A stretch of DNA of 64,000 nt from Eledone cirrhosa (lineage: Eukaryota): positions 56,048,001-56,112,000 of the forward strand of contig OZ024740.1 of NCBI GenBank assembly GCA_964016885.1. The letters are read 5' to 3'. A program made the translations under genes and the position numbers. A model generated the notes under the pieces. It was not told where the DNA came from, searched no databases, and saw only the letters and a list, made by a program, of their open reading frames with translations. The stretch's first letter is position 1, and each line of letters starts with the position of its first letter. Of the stretch, positions 1 through 12,059 are shown piece by piece.

Positions 1-70
1 TGACTGCTATACACCTTCATTCATCTTCATTCCGACGGATCAATATAGTGGGTTACACCATACATTGTTA

Positions 71-126
<56 letters not shown>

Positions 127-411
127 TTTAAATGAACTGTAATCCAGGATCAACCTCTGCTTTAAATTCACTTTTATCCAGATTGGCTGGTTGGACCAGC
201 CTTAATTGGCATCAGTATTAACAATTATATCTTCTCTGAGGATTCTATACCAATAGCATTAACAACAAAGTATACACGTGCGTATACACACATACACACA
301 TACACACACTGTTACTCGCTTTGGTATATGGATGTAATGTAAGAAGGATGTAATGTAATGTAAGAAGTAACATTTGGTTTTAAACATATTACATCTCCCT
401 CATTTATTTTG

Positions 412-450
<39 letters not shown>

Positions 451-512
451 AGTCAGAACCCCGATGGCTGAGCTCCGGCCATTTGGACAGCTAGATTCGA
501 ACTAAGCCATCA

Positions 513-545
<33 letters not shown>

Positions 546-2144
546 AATACAATGATATTAAATAATGGGGACTATATTTATAAAACCATATTTATTCTAA
601 CAACAATAATAATACTATTTATAGTTATGTATATACTATAAATAACTATAAACAGGAAAGGTCTGTAATTTCCTACTACCTTATTACCAGTAAGAGAAAT
701 AGCTCAATGTAAGAATGTCAGGTGTTTTACAGAGCAGGAAAATAAATTAGACAATATTCAAAGTTTTGAGCAAAACTTTGATAATTGTCTAATTTATTTA
801 TTTTATTATATATATTTCAAGGGTACCAACATTTTGGTACGCTATCATCAGATAAAATACGAAGTGTGTTTTATAAATTTTGACATAACCAAGGAGAATA
901 TACCTTAACGGTTCAAGTTATCCTTGGATAGTGAAGGGATAGGAGAAGAAAAGTCATATATTTCAAATTATTAAGATGAGTATGCAAATGACGTTTAGAT
1001 AAAAGGGCTGAAAAAACGTTATTTTAGACGCTATGGAAAATTTAAATAATTATAAGTTATTGTATGCGTAGGAAAGAAGAGAAAGGAAGAAGAGCTAGCA
1101 TTTACGTTAATTTTGGGGAAAAAATTTATTTACCTATATTATGAGTTATAATATTGTATATATAATCAATTAGATTATATGAAGAATTATGGTTGTAAGA
1201 ATTTTTATCTTATTACTTTACCATAGGTTATATATATATAAATATCTATATATATATTAATAAATTGCGTATGTATTAGTTGTTTATATATCAAATATGA
1301 GTTACGAAGAATGTTGATTTTGTATTTTACTTAAAAATAGGTGGTTCAAGTTGTGAGAGTAAAACAATTTGTGGATTTAAAAATGTTGTTCAACATTGAA
1401 AATGTTTTCAGATTATTGTTAATTTAGCGAAGCTATACAGATTATCAACATATGTTTATGTTTGCACGATTGCGAAAGGAAAGATAACTCCAATATTGTT
1501 TCTGAACCATTAAATTAGATGAATGATTTACTCCAAAATATATATAGAAAATTATATATTATTTCGTGTGAGATCCATTATTTTAGTCGAAAGATGTGTG
1601 AATGTTTGAATAACAAAAAGAGAGAGGAAAAATGTAATGTGTTTTTCGAAGATCTATCGTAAAGAGGGTCATTTAGAGGGAATGCATGCCCTGCTTTCCA
1701 GGTTACCCTTCACCACTGATATATATATATATATATATATATATAAACAAATAGTAAAAAGGAAAAAATTAAGGAGAAAATGATGGAGGGATTTTTTCAG
1801 TATCAAAAGATTTATTTGTAAATTGCGTATTTCCGCAGAGAACGATGGACAACCTCGGTCAGAGATGTGAACTCTCCTCTCTAAATATATATGTAAAAAC
1901 TAATAATTTTTCTTCCTCATTTTATTATTCGTATAAATATGCAACTTAACTGCACTTTGTACGTCCGCCGTCGAAAATGCATATAATGCTGAAACCCCTA
2001 CCACTATTAAATGCGGAAACACCCACTTTATAAATAAATGTTTTGATACTATACTGAAAAAATCCCTCCAGCATTTTCTACTGAATTCTTTCCTTTTTAC
2101 TATCTGTTTATATATATCAACTCAGGTCTTACTTTTTCTACATT

Positions 2145-2189
<45 letters not shown>

Positions 2190-2385
2190 TATAATTGTTT
2201 CTACTTTTTGGCACAAGGCCAGCAATTATCCAGTGCATTACTAGTACTTTATTTTATCGACTCCGTAAGGATGAAAGGTAAAGTCAACTTCTATATATAT
2301 ATAATATAGAACATGTTTCTACAGAGCTAGAATGGTATATACTCTACTATGCATTAGCTACTGTGGTTACCCCCGATTGAACCCG

Positions 2386-2479
<94 letters not shown>

Positions 2480-2622
2480 GTGAGATAGTGAAGAATAACA
2501 TGGTCGGCTGTACAAAAAGGGTTTTATTTAGAGTATTAACAATTGTTTCATTGGTCAGGTGAGTCAGAAGTTGCGTCACTCGACCTTAAATGCAGTGTGT
2601 GTCTCTGATCAAATCACCAGAA

Positions 2623-2655
<33 letters not shown>

Positions 2656-2658
<3 letters not shown>

Positions 2659-4508
2659 TTTGCGAGGTTTTAGGGAAGGTGGATTGGGTGGACCAAAGCC
2701 ACACGGACCCCCCAAAACAACGATCAGGTAAGAAAAATGGTCGCACATGCAATAGAGGCTAGTATTATAACTACTCTAAGGGGCCACATATTCAAATTCA
2801 ACGAAAAGATCTACACCCAAAATGAGGGAGCAGCCATTGGCATCAGCATAGCTGGTGACATTGCCATCCTTTTTATGGTATGGTGGGAAAGGAGACTCAA
2901 AGATCTCCTTGATGAGAGCTCCATAGACCTCATCATGTACTCTCGTTACGTAGACGACATTAATATAGTAATAGGGACCACCCCCACAAGAGAGTACTAA
3001 CAAGTATGATTTAGAATGTAGCACAATGGAAAGCATCCAGCAGATAGCTAACTTCCTATACCAGAGTATAACTGTAACTATCGACTACCCTTCCAAACAC
3101 CCTAACAGTAGACTACCTGTATTAGACACGGAACTCTAGATTAACACTATAGACGAGAGGGTCCAAATTCTCCACTCACTGATATTTTGATCGCAAACTT
3201 GGTACGAGTGATGAAGAACGTGTCCCGCATGTGCGACCCAACAGAAATAAAAGACACATCCAACATTTCATCAACCCCATGCAGTTCTCTGGCTACAACC
3301 AAAGAGACAGAATCAGAGTATACGAAGGAGCCACAGAGAAGTATAAGACCCTCATAGAACTGGACATGAAAAGAATTTGGACATTATACAGGAGCAAATC
3401 ATGGAATAGCTTAGATAGGACTAAACATAAGATAGGGAAAGCCACCTTATGGTACGACAAACAGAGATAGCAAAGTGCCATGTTCGCGGACGCTACCCCT
3501 GGAGAGAAATTAGCTAACCAGTGTAGAAAGGTCCTGAGAAAGACCCACTTAAAGATTAAGGTGGTAGAAAAGCCAGAAACTACCATAAAATCCCTGATCA
3601 GCAAAACATACCCTTTTAAGAAAACCCACTGTACTAATAGGAAATGTATTATATGTAAAGTAAACCCCCGGATAAACTGTAAAACTAGAAACGTAGTCTA
3701 TAGCATAAGATGTACATAGGGTACTTGCAGAAACAAGACAACAACATACATAGGCGAGACAGCTCATAGCATAGGTGAAAGGATAGACCAACACTGGGGA
3801 GGGGGGATAAAGGGAGGAAAAATGGTTCAGTACTATACGAACACGCCAGACAACAACATGACGGTAACATAGACAACATAGAAATTAAAATAATATCTAA
3901 ACATAGGAATGACCCAGCAGATAGTCAAATCAGAGAGGCAAGTGAAATAGAACTTAGAAGGGCAAAGCTAAACAGAAACAAATGAATGGAATAACAACAA
4001 CACCCAAACAAACAATACTGACCTAAGAGAAATATAAATAAATAAATAAATATATACACAAGCACAATAACAACAAACACGTATAAACACACACTAGTAA
4101 ACTAAGATAGAATACAATAACCAAAACACAGTCACCCAAACGCGAACACACACCAAACACTATACGCACACGCAAACGCATGCGCAGAGAAGAAGACAAA
4201 ATTAAATAAGTAAATAAATAAACAGATTAAATAAAGATGGCGTAGATATACAATACAACAGGAGGAACATAATAATAGCACCACTGACGATGTTGCAGAT
4301 GTGCAACGAAAGAACTTTGTTAGACTAAATATATGTGTTTGAGTCTATATTATATCTGTATTTGTTTACCATTGGTCAATCAATGGTAACATTGAGGACC
4401 GAATAAATTAACTGATATAAAAGATACAGATGCGAAAACCAACCTAAAAGTGAGTGTGTTCTGTTATTAATTCTGGCAATATTATTACAACAATATGACC
4501 CTCCCCTA
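2656..4508 (+). mobile_element. Decayed, 5'-truncated Penelope-like element (family A, same as 46192-48282)
   Basis: Broken frames with GAAIGISIAGDIA, YSRYVDDI, MQFSGYNQ, CTNRKCIIC, NVVYSIRC; 3' UTR and terminus match 48283-48808; (TA)n on both sides; starts with a ~14-bp inverted tip gttttgcgaggttt also seen at 44998. Confidence 0.92.
4282..4319 (+). ncRNA. Minimal type I hammerhead-like motif in PLE 3' repeat
   Basis: ca-CTGACGA-t-GTTGCA(gatg)TGCAAC-GAAA-gaac-TT-tg: core and stem II clear; stems I/III only about 2 bp. Confidence 0.6.
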
Positions 4509-4512
4509 TATA

Positions 4513-4594
<82 letters not shown>

Positions 4595-5104
4595 ATAAGG
4601 GTTGACGGACCCAGCATATTTATCAATGCCAGTACCGGTTGTATCTCAGCGCACTCAATCGGCAATGTAAGATACATTACCAGAGTATACACATAGTTAT
4701 TTGCCTCAACACAACACTCGTAAATCGGGTGCCTATAAGGTTCCTGAACTCGAGTTTCTGCAACACTAATGCCGCAGTAAGGTGCACTGCACCATCTGTC
4801 TGCATATATTATGCAACAATGCACAATCGGCTTATGCTGCTTCATCAGCGGGTATCGCCTAATCAATAACCAATCGATCGACATAATCCAAACACCGGCC
4901 CGCGCCGGTCATGACTCTTTGTGACAACCGACACGGTAAAGCGATTAACTGGCAACCGATAGGACTCTATCTCACAACTAGCCACTGATTTATAAATTTT
5001 ACGTGGGGACGGGAAGCTAAAAAGAATCAATCTATTATATCCTGTCAGAAGCACTCAGCCAACGTGTCTCAGACACAAATTATCAAGGAGTGAAAAGATG
5101 GCTA

Positions 5105-5167
<63 letters not shown>

Positions 5168-5171
<4 letters not shown>

Positions 5172-8100
5172 AGGAAGAATATAAAATGAAAGTGCTTTTT
5201 TTAAAAAGGGAATTTATTAGGTATTGACATATGTTTCTGTAACAGACGGAATACCTATGTATCGCTGCTTGCGTAATCATATAATGTTAGCAAGTATTCG
5301 ATAGCAAATGTATAATCAGTTGTCACTTCTTCAGAGATTTTGGATAAATTGGATAAAATCAGAAAAATTGAAGTATTTATATTAGTAATAGAGGAAGAAA
5401 CAGAGGGGATAGTATATGACAGATGGTAAATTAATTTACTGCTAAACAAGTATATAATGGGTTTCTAATGAGAATACCATGAGTAAATCTAAATAAGAAT
5501 TTTAGGGAGTGCCAATTTTAATCTCTACTTGACCAACTGGACAGTGGACAGGGCTGGTCATTTGGTGCAGTAGTATTAATTATAAAGTGTCAATTGGGGA
5601 AGGGGGAGATTTCGATTGCTACTAAATAACATCAATTCTAGTAGCCAGCTGGTATATGCATTAGGGAATTGAATCAAGAAATCAGAAATCTCATTTTATC
5701 TATAGCAGTTTGTATTAAAAGGTAAATAATAGAAGAGTTGATAGAATTAAGACTAATAAAGAATGTTAATATCTATTTTGACAATCAAACGGGGATAGAG
5801 ACAGGCGTTCAATCCTGGTAGTATTTATAATATGAAAATGTAGATTTTAAACGATGGTTACAGTATAACGATCGCTCTATTCTGTTATTTAATAAAATGT
5901 TTTTGGATTTCATAATACAAAATAATTCTACATTACATAATTTACAAAATTCCTGTCCATGGGATATGGGGGGGGGGGGGGTAGACGCTATTATATCCCA
6001 TTTTAGGTGAAATTGTTGGTTATTTTCACGCAGCTGCCAAGCCTTGTCTGCGAGTGTTGTTACATAACGCTGGTTTTCATGTTTTATCGAGTAACGATGT
6101 CTATAAAGGTGTGATTTGAAGGAGGTGGCTGTAGATCCCACATAGTACCACTTCTGTCTATCCGATTCGATAGTACATTTGTATACGATGTTGCGTTCAA
6201 GACACTGATTGTTCAACGGACACATTCCTGGTTGGACACAGTTACAATTATAATTTTGCGTTGTTGTATTGCCATGGATGGGTTGATGAGGTTGCTTATG
6301 TAGGACAGGATGTTGTTTGTTGTTTTGTGATGTTATAGCTAATGTTTTACGTGTATTGTTATGTGTTGGAAGGCATTTATACAACCGTTTTGCGTTAAGC
6401 TTTTTTATATGTTGTTCAATATTAGGGGCGGTTGAATATGAAAGTCGAATAGTGTTAGGGTTTAAGATTTTATTATATTTATGTGATGTTGGAAAGTGTT
6501 TTTTAACTAATCGAAAGAATTTTGAGGGTAGATTGGTTTTAATAGAGTTGTTATAGACCGGGTTGTACCAAATATACTCCTTACATCGCCTTCTGTTTGG
6601 TGGTGTGCGACTATTATTGTGTCTATTGCGGTAGTGTATGTATGGTGGTGATTCTGTGCTATTTCTACTCCTATGGGATTTATTTTGGGTGTTTTGGTGA
6701 TCTTTGACCATATACTCTATATTATCTAGGTGACCGGCTTTCCTAAGTGTATCATCATAATATTCGGCATGTTCTTTGAAGGTTTGTTGGTTGGACGACA
6801 GGCGGGAGATTCTAAGAGAAACATTTCTAGGGATGGATTTAATTATAGAGAGTGGATGGTTAGAACTCGTATTTACATATTTAAGGTTCTCATTTAGTTT
6901 ATGGAACGGTTTAATCGTATCTGTATTGAGATTGAAAGTAACATCAATGAAATTGACCTCTTTGAGGTTATATTCAAATGTAATATTTAATCCTAGTTCC
7001 TTAAAAAGCTTTCTGATATTTTTACGCATCCTTTCTAAATTCTGGTTATTCATATGCTTAACTAATAGGAGCGCATCGTCACGGTAGATTCCACCGTGGA
7101 GATCCTTGAATTTTCCTTGTAATCTGTGGGTGATATAAATTCCCACAAGATCTGTTACTTCCGCCGAATCATTAGAACCCATAGTGATATCAAAATTAGA
7201 AGGTCTATCTTTGCGAACCCAGTAGCTATCATCGAATTTAACTATAGTTTTCCTCGCTTCCATAATAATTTTAATTTCAGCATCCGTAAGGTCGGAATTA
7301 TCCTTAGCGAACGAAAGAGCTTCATGTAGAGTATCAGGTGAAATTGAGGAATAATATTCATCAATATCAAACTGAATAAATTTTGATTTTTTCTTATCAG
7401 TAATGTTATTAAACCATCTTATTGCTTCATGAGTGTTACCCCATAGTTTAATCTCTACTTTAACCTTAACTTGGGGGATAATTCTGTCTAGTATATATTT
7501 GCTAATTTTGCCTATATCAGATTTAGAGGCGCATATAAGTCTAATAATAGGGTTAGTATCGAAGTTTACCTTGTGGTCCTTCAGGTTGAAGGATGGTATA
7601 GCTGGTGTTAAGGGTTGCGTTCTATCGTCAATACAAAGTTTTTTAACAATATCACATGCCGAGTTGTTGATGTTTTTAAGTGTAGCTTCATTAGTTTTCC
7701 TGTATTTTTTATGCAATTCCTTACGGATGAAGTTATTGTAAGTGTCCACATCCATGGTATATACGTTTGATGTTTTGTCTGCTCTAACAATAATTCCATT
7801 GGCGTTTTTTAGATTATTGAGCAGTGCCGTGATGTCATTCTGTAGTTTATTGTTCTTCCGTTTTGTAAATTTGATCTCCATGATCATATCCATTAGGTTT
7901 TGTTCAAATGCATCCAAAAGTGGGTTTGAGGGTGGGTTCTTGTAAGATTTAAATCCAAATTTATCCTTGTTAAGATCCGATGTTTGGTTTATACGGCTTT
8001 TGTCAAAATGGAATGTTTTCCATCTGATTCGTCAAATAAAATCATTGGTCCTTCGTATCATACCTAGAATATATTCCCTTTTTGCCTGAATAGGTATTTT

Positions 8101-8590
8101 TTTAACGACATATCCAATTGGTGCCTTTCCATTTTAGAGGCGTATGCTGAATTAGTTGCTCAACTGTATAGGAGATTAATAAAATTTCAGGTTATCAATA
8201 ATGTAGTGATAATATATCGTTACGTTAGAGATGAACAGCGTACGTGCAGGTTTGCTCAACGAGTATAAATTATATTCCGGAGAAAATGTAGAAAGGATGA
8301 ATATAAAATGAAAGTGCTTTTTTTAAAAAGGGAATTTATTAGGTATTGACATATGTTTCTGTAACAGACTGAATACCTATGTATCGCTGCTTGCGTAATC
8401 ATATAATGTTAGCAAGTATTCGATAGCAAATGTATAATCAGTTGTCACTTTTAAAAAAAGCACTTTCATTTTATATTCATCCTTTCTACATTTTCTCAGG
8501 AATATAATTTATACTCGTTGAGCAAACCTGCACGTACGCTGTTCATCTCTAACGTAACGATATATTATCACTACATTATTGATAACCTGA

Positions 8591-8597
<7 letters not shown>
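5168..8597 (-). mobile_element. Near full-length Naiad-type Penelope-like element with direct pLTR and short inverted tip
   Basis: Direct repeat 5168-5329 vs 8290-8450; 8449-8596 is an inverted copy of 8179-8328; (TA)n on both flanks; encloses the RT/GIY-YIG ORF. Confidence 0.9.
5809..7917 (-). CDS. PLE reverse transcriptase + Cys linker + GIY-YIG endonuclease (Naiad-like); true start probably at ATG 8132 but interrupted by a 1-nt frameshift near 8100 and TGA at 8032-8034
   Basis: ADKTSNVY, LKDHKVNF, IQFDIDEYYSSI, FDITMGSNDSAEV, GIYRDD, WYNP, CNC..CPL..QC, NIVYKC..YYVGST, CKLC..E, LLNNR..CNH. Confidence 0.9.
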   Translation of the reverse strand: MDAFEQNLMDMIMEIKFTKRKNNKLQNDITALLNNLKNANGIIVRADKTSNVYTMDVDTYNNFIRKELHKKYRKTNEATLKNINNSACDIVKKLCIDDRTQPLTPAIPSFNLKDHKVNFDTNPIIRLICASKSDIGKISKYILDRIIPQVKVKVEIKLWGNTHEAIRWFNNITDKKKSKFIQFDIDEYYSSISPDTLHEALSFAKDNSDLTDAEIKIIMEARKTIVKFDDSYWVRKDRPSNFDITMGSNDSAEVTDLVGIYITHRLQGKFKDLHGGIYRDDALLLVKHMNNQNLERMRKNIRKLFKELGLNITFEYNLKEVNFIDVTFNLNTDTIKPFHKLNENLKYVNTSSNHPLSIIKSIPRNVSLRISRLSSNQQTFKEHAEYYDDTLRKAGHLDNIEYMVKDHQNTQNKSHRSRNSTESPPYIHYRNRHNNSRTPPNRRRCKEYIWYNPVYNNSIKTNLPSKFFRLVKKHFPTSHKYNKILNPNTIRLSYSTAPNIEQHIKKLNAKRLYKCLPTHNNTRKTLAITSQNNKQHPVLHKQPHQPIHGNTTTQNYNCNCVQPGMCPLNNQCLERNIVYKCTIESDRQKWYYVGSTATSFKSHLYRHRYSIKHENQRYVTTLADKAWQLRENNQQFHLKWDIIASTPPPPISHGQEFCKLCNVELFCIMKSKNILLNNRIERSLYCNHRLKSTFSYYKYYQD

Positions 8598-8647
<50 letters not shown>

Positions 8648-9722
8648 CACACTTTAGGCGGCGGTGATTTGACAGAATCAATCATTAGAACGTCAGATAG
8701 ATTGTTTTGCGGTGTTCGTTTCAGTTCTCTGCTCTGTGACTTTAAATCCCGCAGACACATCAATTTTGCCTTTCATTAATTCAAGGTCGATAAGAAAGTA
8801 CCAGTTTAATACTGCGGTCGATCTTTCCTCTTACACTCTATCATCTTCTGTTGTATTTAATCCTGAAGATGAGATGGAAACGCCGGTCGGTGCATGCAAT
8901 ATAGGAGAGGTGTATTAAGTAAACAGAATCTGGCTGTGTAGGTTCAAATTTGAAACTGCCAACCTACAAGAAACTTCTAATTATGCAGCCATCAACGACC
9001 GGTAGTATAAACATCTAATTGAACAATTAATTGATATTTCATTCACTTGTTAACTTAATATATGTCTTCTTATGTGTAATATTTCAATAAAGCTGGACTT
9101 TGCATCAATGAGGTGTTCTTGTTAAATTACCTGAGTGTTTGTAGCATTTCCTCCATATTCGATATTCCTTTTCTCAGTTTCTTCTTTTCGTACTTGGCAA
9201 TAATTCGTGCAAAGATCTTTTTTTTTCATCAGCTTATAATTGTGCATTAATTTACACGGTTAGCTAATATATCTATGTTTTCATCGTAGAAAAAGAAAAT
9301 ATAATTCGCATAACTATTAAAAAAAAACATAGCAAAAATATCACAGAGTGAAAATGAAAATATATATATATATATACAATATATTAACAAATGGAAACTA
9401 TATTTATAAAACCATATTTATTTCATTATACATATTTCAAGGGCCACCAAAGCAAACTATGGTGCGCTTTCATCAGATAAAATATAATATAGGTTAGTTT
9501 TATAAAAAAATATTGACATACCCTTAAAGAATGCAACCATTCTGCTCTGGTGGCCCTTGAAATATGTATAATGAAATATGTATAATGAAATAAATATGGT
9601 TTTATAAATATAGTTTCCATTTGTTAATATATTGTATATTTACTCCAATAATTTGTTGAGTGCTTTATATCAGTTATAAAAATATTTTGCTTGTTGTATC
9701 CCAACAAATTAAATATAACCTC

Positions 9723-9813
<91 letters not shown>

Positions 9814-10785
9814 TTTCATATGCCAACGAAGATAAAACTTGGAGGCGCTAAGCTTCGTTTAAAAAATATATATAGTCTTAACGTTATGCAAATTTTGTTT
9901 ATGTATTATCGATTGCTGTGATGGATAATATGATAATTAACACTTCGATGGCATTCTTGTAAACTACGTGTTAACTTCAAAATTTCCCAACGGACTACAG
10001 ATCTTATCATGATTATTTAAAACAAATAATTTTCGAAATGAAACTGAGCAGTCAATGAAAACTGCGATGTAGTTGTCTGCACGGTGAATCGCGTTGACTC
10101 GTGATTAAACTAACAACAGACAATAGTTGTTCACTGAAGACAAAATTCTGTGAATAAAGCAGATGGCTAAAACTGATATTTGAATATTTTCATTTTCCAG
10201 GTGTTTTTATTATATTTTATCGTTTTAATTATTCTATATCATATTCGTGTTAGTTTTTTCTTTTATATTTTAAAATTATTCTTTAAACGTATTACATTTA
10301 TTTATTCGTTAGCTTTCCAACAAGAAACACAGAAACTTTGATCGAAAGAAGACAGAAAGGATTAGAAGATAGGAAAAACAAAATTTTAGAAAATGTCTGA
10401 AATGTTGTTTGTACGAGTTAAAAGTAGCAAGGAGCATCTAGTTGATTCTACAGGCGGCAGCCAATACGAAGGGGGCATCAGCTGATTATTTCATTGTCCA
10501 AACAGCTGCTCCAAAGTTAATTAGTTAAAGGCAAGATCGAAAGGCAAGATCATTCTGAGATATGTGGTGATTGGTAAATGTTAAGTCGCTGAAGCTAGGG
10601 AAGCCAAAGAGAAAAGAGGAAAACAATAAGAAATAGAAAGTGGTGATGAGATACATGCGATGGTGATAGAGAAAATAGAACGAGATATTTATAGCTAAAG
10701 ACAGTTTTACTTCATATGTCTCTAGCATCTCTATTTCTGAAGAAATATATGCTACGTAGTACGAATAAGCATGTTTATATATATT

Positions 10786-10829
<44 letters not shown>

Positions 10830-10835
<6 letters not shown>

Positions 10836-11230
10836 CATGAGAAGAAAGAAGAATACTGCGTGGTTTGCACATGGGATACATATGATAAAAATAGTCCTTC
10901 GTCAGTGCTTTTCCAACCATCATTGGTATTTCATCGCATTAAAAATCAGATACCTCAGGTTGGTGCGAGCAATAACTAAAAAATGTTATTGGGAGCAGAA
11001 TTCGCGTAAGGCGAGGGGGAGAAGTAAACAACATAGAAGGATAAAAGCAAACCGAAGATAGGAAGATAAACAAGCAACATGGTTGTCCGGTCAGCATAAG
11101 CTGGGTGGATTTCATGGGCGAGAGAGGTACAGACCGTGTTGATGTGTGTGAGATGTGAGCAAGAAGAGACCCACACAAGCCAAACGGGAGGAAGTGAGAA
11201 GGGGAGAAACAGAGAGTGAGTGAGTGGAAG
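10830..11230 (-). mobile_element. Non-coding repeat, family X (partial unit) with rearranged hammerhead-like motif at 10899-10963
   Basis: Shares tcttcctcacac..cactcactcact and the structured core with 33398-34100 and 50120-50930; (TA)n flanks. Confidence 0.7.
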
Positions 11231-11247
11231 TGTGAGGAAGAGGTCAG

Positions 11248-11290
<43 letters not shown>

Positions 11291-11343
11291 TAAATGGAAG
11301 CTATCTTTATAAAACCATATTTATTTTATTATATATATTTCAA

Positions 11344-11399
<56 letters not shown>

Positions 11400-11401
<2 letters not shown>

Positions 11402-11955
11402 TTCAATTTCGTATTTCTAAACAAATACGGTATGTTTATAAATAAACATAAGCCATAGCTATGAATAACACTGGCAGCTAACGCCACCAAGCGGTGCTCG
11501 GTAGAAGCAAGGGGGGCAAGTGTTGATGCATTTTGAACTCAACTGGTTCTCGTCAGGTCGATCCCTCCCGCTCTGGCAACTGCTGCGCTTTGAAAACAGG
11601 CGAAAGTATATAGCTTTTTCGTCTGTGTAAATGAGGTCATTAATCTCATTTGCATATGAAACTGTATCAGTTGGCTCAACTTAATATAGAATAGAATTAG
11701 AATTTAGCTTGGAACATATAGACGAAAAAACTATATATTTGTGCCTGTTTTCAAAGCCCGCAGTTGCAAGAGCAGGCAGGCTCGACCTGCCGAGGACCAG
11801 TTGAGTTCAAAATGCATCGACCGTTCTTCCCTTGGCTTCTGCCAAAAACCGCGACTGTTGTTCATAGCTATGGCTTTCTAAATGTTTATTTATAAACACA
11901 CCGAAATTTAAATACATATTTGTATACAGCTATGTTCGAAGCTAAATGCTAATTC
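11400..11955. mobile_element. Family Y (339-bp HHR monomer) copy arranged as one unit plus an inverted partial unit
   Basis: About 11425-11585 is inverted at about 11760-11905; homologous to 16096-16590; degenerate HHRs at about 11522-11560(-) and 11784-11822(+). Confidence 0.75.
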
Positions 11956-11979
11956 TCTTATATATATATGTATGTATGT

Positions 11980-12043
<64 letters not shown>

Positions 12044-12059
12044 ATATATATATGTATAC

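Noticed and set aside
8032-8034. In-frame TGA in the Naiad-type ORF as selenocysteine
   Set aside because: It falls at a basic-residue position (FIxRIRWK), not a Cys position. A frameshift lies nearby and I could not see a SECIS; simple decay is more likely.
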